From: an uncultured Kiritimatiellota bacterium
GTDB taxonomy: Bacteria; Verrucomicrobiota; Kiritimatiellia; RFP12; DVOR01
DNA length: 64,000 nt
Direction of reading: 5' to 3'
Assembly (NCBI GenBank): GCA_944389945.1
Contig: CALXOF010000005.1
Span: 29,215-93,214 of the forward strand
In this document: one piece after another, positions 62,589 through 64,000 of the stretch
Layout: each line of letters opens with the position of its first letter
Numbering within the stretch: position 1 is the stretch's first letter
The notes under the pieces: generated by a model
Told to the model about the DNA's origin: nothing
The model's input: only the letters and a program-made list of their open reading frames with translations
Databases searched by the model: none
Made by a program: the position numbers and the translations under genes

Positions 62589-64000
62589 TCACTTCGCATC
62601 TTCGGTGACGCGGAAGAGTTCTTCGACGGAGGTGAAGCCGGAGAAGACTTTGCGCCAACCGTCTTGGCGGAGGGTGGCCATGCCTTCTTCCATGGCGGCT
62701 TTGCGGATGTCGGCGGAGGAGTGGCGGCCGATGATGAGGGAGCCGATGCGTTCGGAGACGTGGAGGAGTTCGAAGATGGCGCCGCGGCCTTTGTAGCCGG
62801 TGTGGGCGCAGGCGTCGCACCCTTGAGGGGCGAAGACATGGTCCTGCGGAGGCGGCTCGGGTTGGTCCCACCAGCCGGGTTTGAGCGGGGCCTCTTGGCG
62901 GCACTTGGGGCAGAGGCGGCGGGCGAGGCGCTGGGCGAGGACGCCGGCGACGGCGGAGGCGACAAGGAAGGGTTCGGCGCCCATGTCGATGAGGCGGGCG
63001 AAGGCGCCGGCGGCGTCGTTGGTGTGGAGGGTGGAGAAGACGAGGTGGCCGGTGAGGGAGGCGTTGATGGCGATGTCGGCGGTCTCGCCGTCGCGGATTT
63101 CGCCGACCATGATGATGTCGGGGTCTTGGCGGAGGAAGGCGCGGAGGGCGCGGGCGAAGGTGAGGCCGATGTCGGAGCGGACGAGGACCTGGTTGATGCC
63201 CTTCATCTCGTATTCGATGGGGTCCTCGGCGGTCATGATGCGGACGTTGACCTTGTTGATTTCGTGGAGGAAGGCGTAAAGCGAGGTGGACTTGCCGGAG
63301 CCGGTGGGGCCGGTGACGAGGATGATGCCGTTGGGGCGGGTGATGAGCTTGTTGGTGAGGGCGAAGTCGCGCTCGGACATGCCGAGGTCTTTGAGCTGGA
63401 CGAAGTTGCCGGCCTTCTGGAGGAGGCGGAGGGAGACGGATTCGCCGTAGGCGGTGGGGCAGGTGGAGACGCGGATATCGATGTCTTCGCCGTTGAGGCG
63501 GATGCCGATGCGGCCGTCCATGGGGAGGCGCTTCTCGGCGATGTCGAGGTTGGCCATGACCTTGAGGCGGGAGATGATGGCGGCCTTGAGGCGGTTGATC
63601 TGCGGGGGCACGTCGACCTTGTGGAGCATGCCGTCGATGCGGTAACGGATGCGGAGCTCGTCTTCCATGGGCTCCACGTGGATATCGGTGGCGCCCTGGC
63701 GGTCGGCCTCGGCGATGATTTGGTTGACGAAGCGAACGATGGAGGCCTCTTGGCCCATCTCGTTGACGTCGATCTTGGAGATGTTGGCCTCGGTGTCGGA
63801 GACGTCGTAGCGACCGTCCTCAATCATGGCCTCGATGGCTTCTGCGCCGACGCCGTAGTATTTCTTGATGGCTTTGTCGATGTCTTCGGCGGGGGCGAGG
63901 CGGACGCGGATGGGGTGGCCGCAGGCGAGGCGGAGGCCGTCAATGGCGGCGGAGGCCATGGGGTCGTTGAGGGCGACGATGAGGGCGCCGTCTTCGAGGG
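62589..64000 (-). CDS. gspE: type II secretion / type IV pilus assembly ATPase (GspE/PilB family); N-terminus continues beyond window end
   Basis: Walker A VTGPTGSGKST, Asp box, Walker B and His box, and tetracysteine CPKC...CDAC. The frame stays open upstream of the ATG at 63959 (..LEDGALIVALNDP..), consistent with a missing N1/N2 domain. Confidence 0.88.
   Translation of the reverse strand, partial: LEDGALIVALNDPMASAAIDGLRLACGHPIRVRLAPAEDIDKAIKKYYGVGAEAIEAMIEDGRYDVSDTEANISKIDVNEMGQEASIVRFVNQIIAEADRQGATDIHVEPMEDELRIRYRIDGMLHKVDVPPQINRLKAAIISRLKVMANLDIAEKRLPMDGRIGIRLNGEDIDIRVSTCPTAYGESVSLRLLQKAGNFVQLKDLGMSERDFALTNKLITRPNGIILVTGPTGSGKSTSLYAFLHEINKVNVRIMTAEDPIEYEMKGINQVLVRSDIGLTFARALRAFLRQDPDIIMVGEIRDGETADIAINASLTGHLVFSTLHTNDAAGAFARLIDMGAEPFLVASAVAGVLAQRLARRLCPKCRQEAPLKPGWWDQPEPPPQDHVFAPQGCDACAHTGYKGRGAIFELLHVSERIGSLIIGRHSSADIRKAAMEEGMATLRQDGWRKVFSGFTSVEELFRVTEDAK

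Noticed and set aside
62218-62904. ORF 62218..62904 (-) and 56910..58052 (+) sharing the peptide LRAKRPLIAPSRPSS
   Set aside because: The shared peptide is the translation of the Family-M repeat. The remainder overlaps real genes (gspE, P3) out of frame.

Overview
This 64-kb window is a very GC-rich chromosomal segment (core genes about 65-72% GC). Its gene content points to a PVC-superphylum bacterium (Verrucomicrobiota, Kiritimatiellota or Lentisphaerota-like): PEP-CTERM proteins, a Tat-signal sulfatase, a Bacteroides-type nanA plus AGE sialic-acid pair, TolB-Pal, a Hanks-type kinase and Sel1 repeats. No organism assignment can be confirmed from sequence alone. I count about 50 protein-coding genes, mostly housekeeping: a 5'-truncated bioA, queA, a manC-like gene, coaE, rho (with a long N-terminal extension), thrS, infC, lpxK, murJ, thrC, tolB-pal, tatA/tatC, an rdgC-like gene, ung, hisH-hisF and a partial gspE. 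Other content: (1) a five-gene operon with ATGA-overlapping boundaries (phosphoesterase, sulfatase, nth, HAD, flippase); (2) a sensory [FeFe]-hydrogenase (HydS/HfsB-like) with a 2Fe-2S ferredoxin and a PP2C phosphatase; (3) two PEP-CTERM paralogs; (4) a 1235-aa secreted beta-helix repeat protein; (5) a low-GC YafQ/RelE-type toxin-antitoxin pair; (6) three tRNAs (Val-Leu-Gly); (7) three paralogous AAA-ATPase-like plus PD-(D/E)XK proteins, one of which is a clear mosaic of the other two. The strongest annotation-independent signals are four. (a) Almost every intergenic region is a combinatorial mosaic of about 15 families of short repeat modules, some of which intrude into the 5' ends of CDSs. 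(b) A roughly 215-bp conserved leader element, with an invariant 10-codon mini-ORF, sits upstream of two unrelated genes. (c) A 746-bp low-GC insertion carrying an NYN-domain pseudogene is flanked by 36-bp direct repeats. (d) A compact terminator-hairpin plus extended -10 cassette (TGCTATACTG) is conserved upstream of all three AAA-ATPase paralogs. I found no CRISPR array, rRNA, transposase or integrase.
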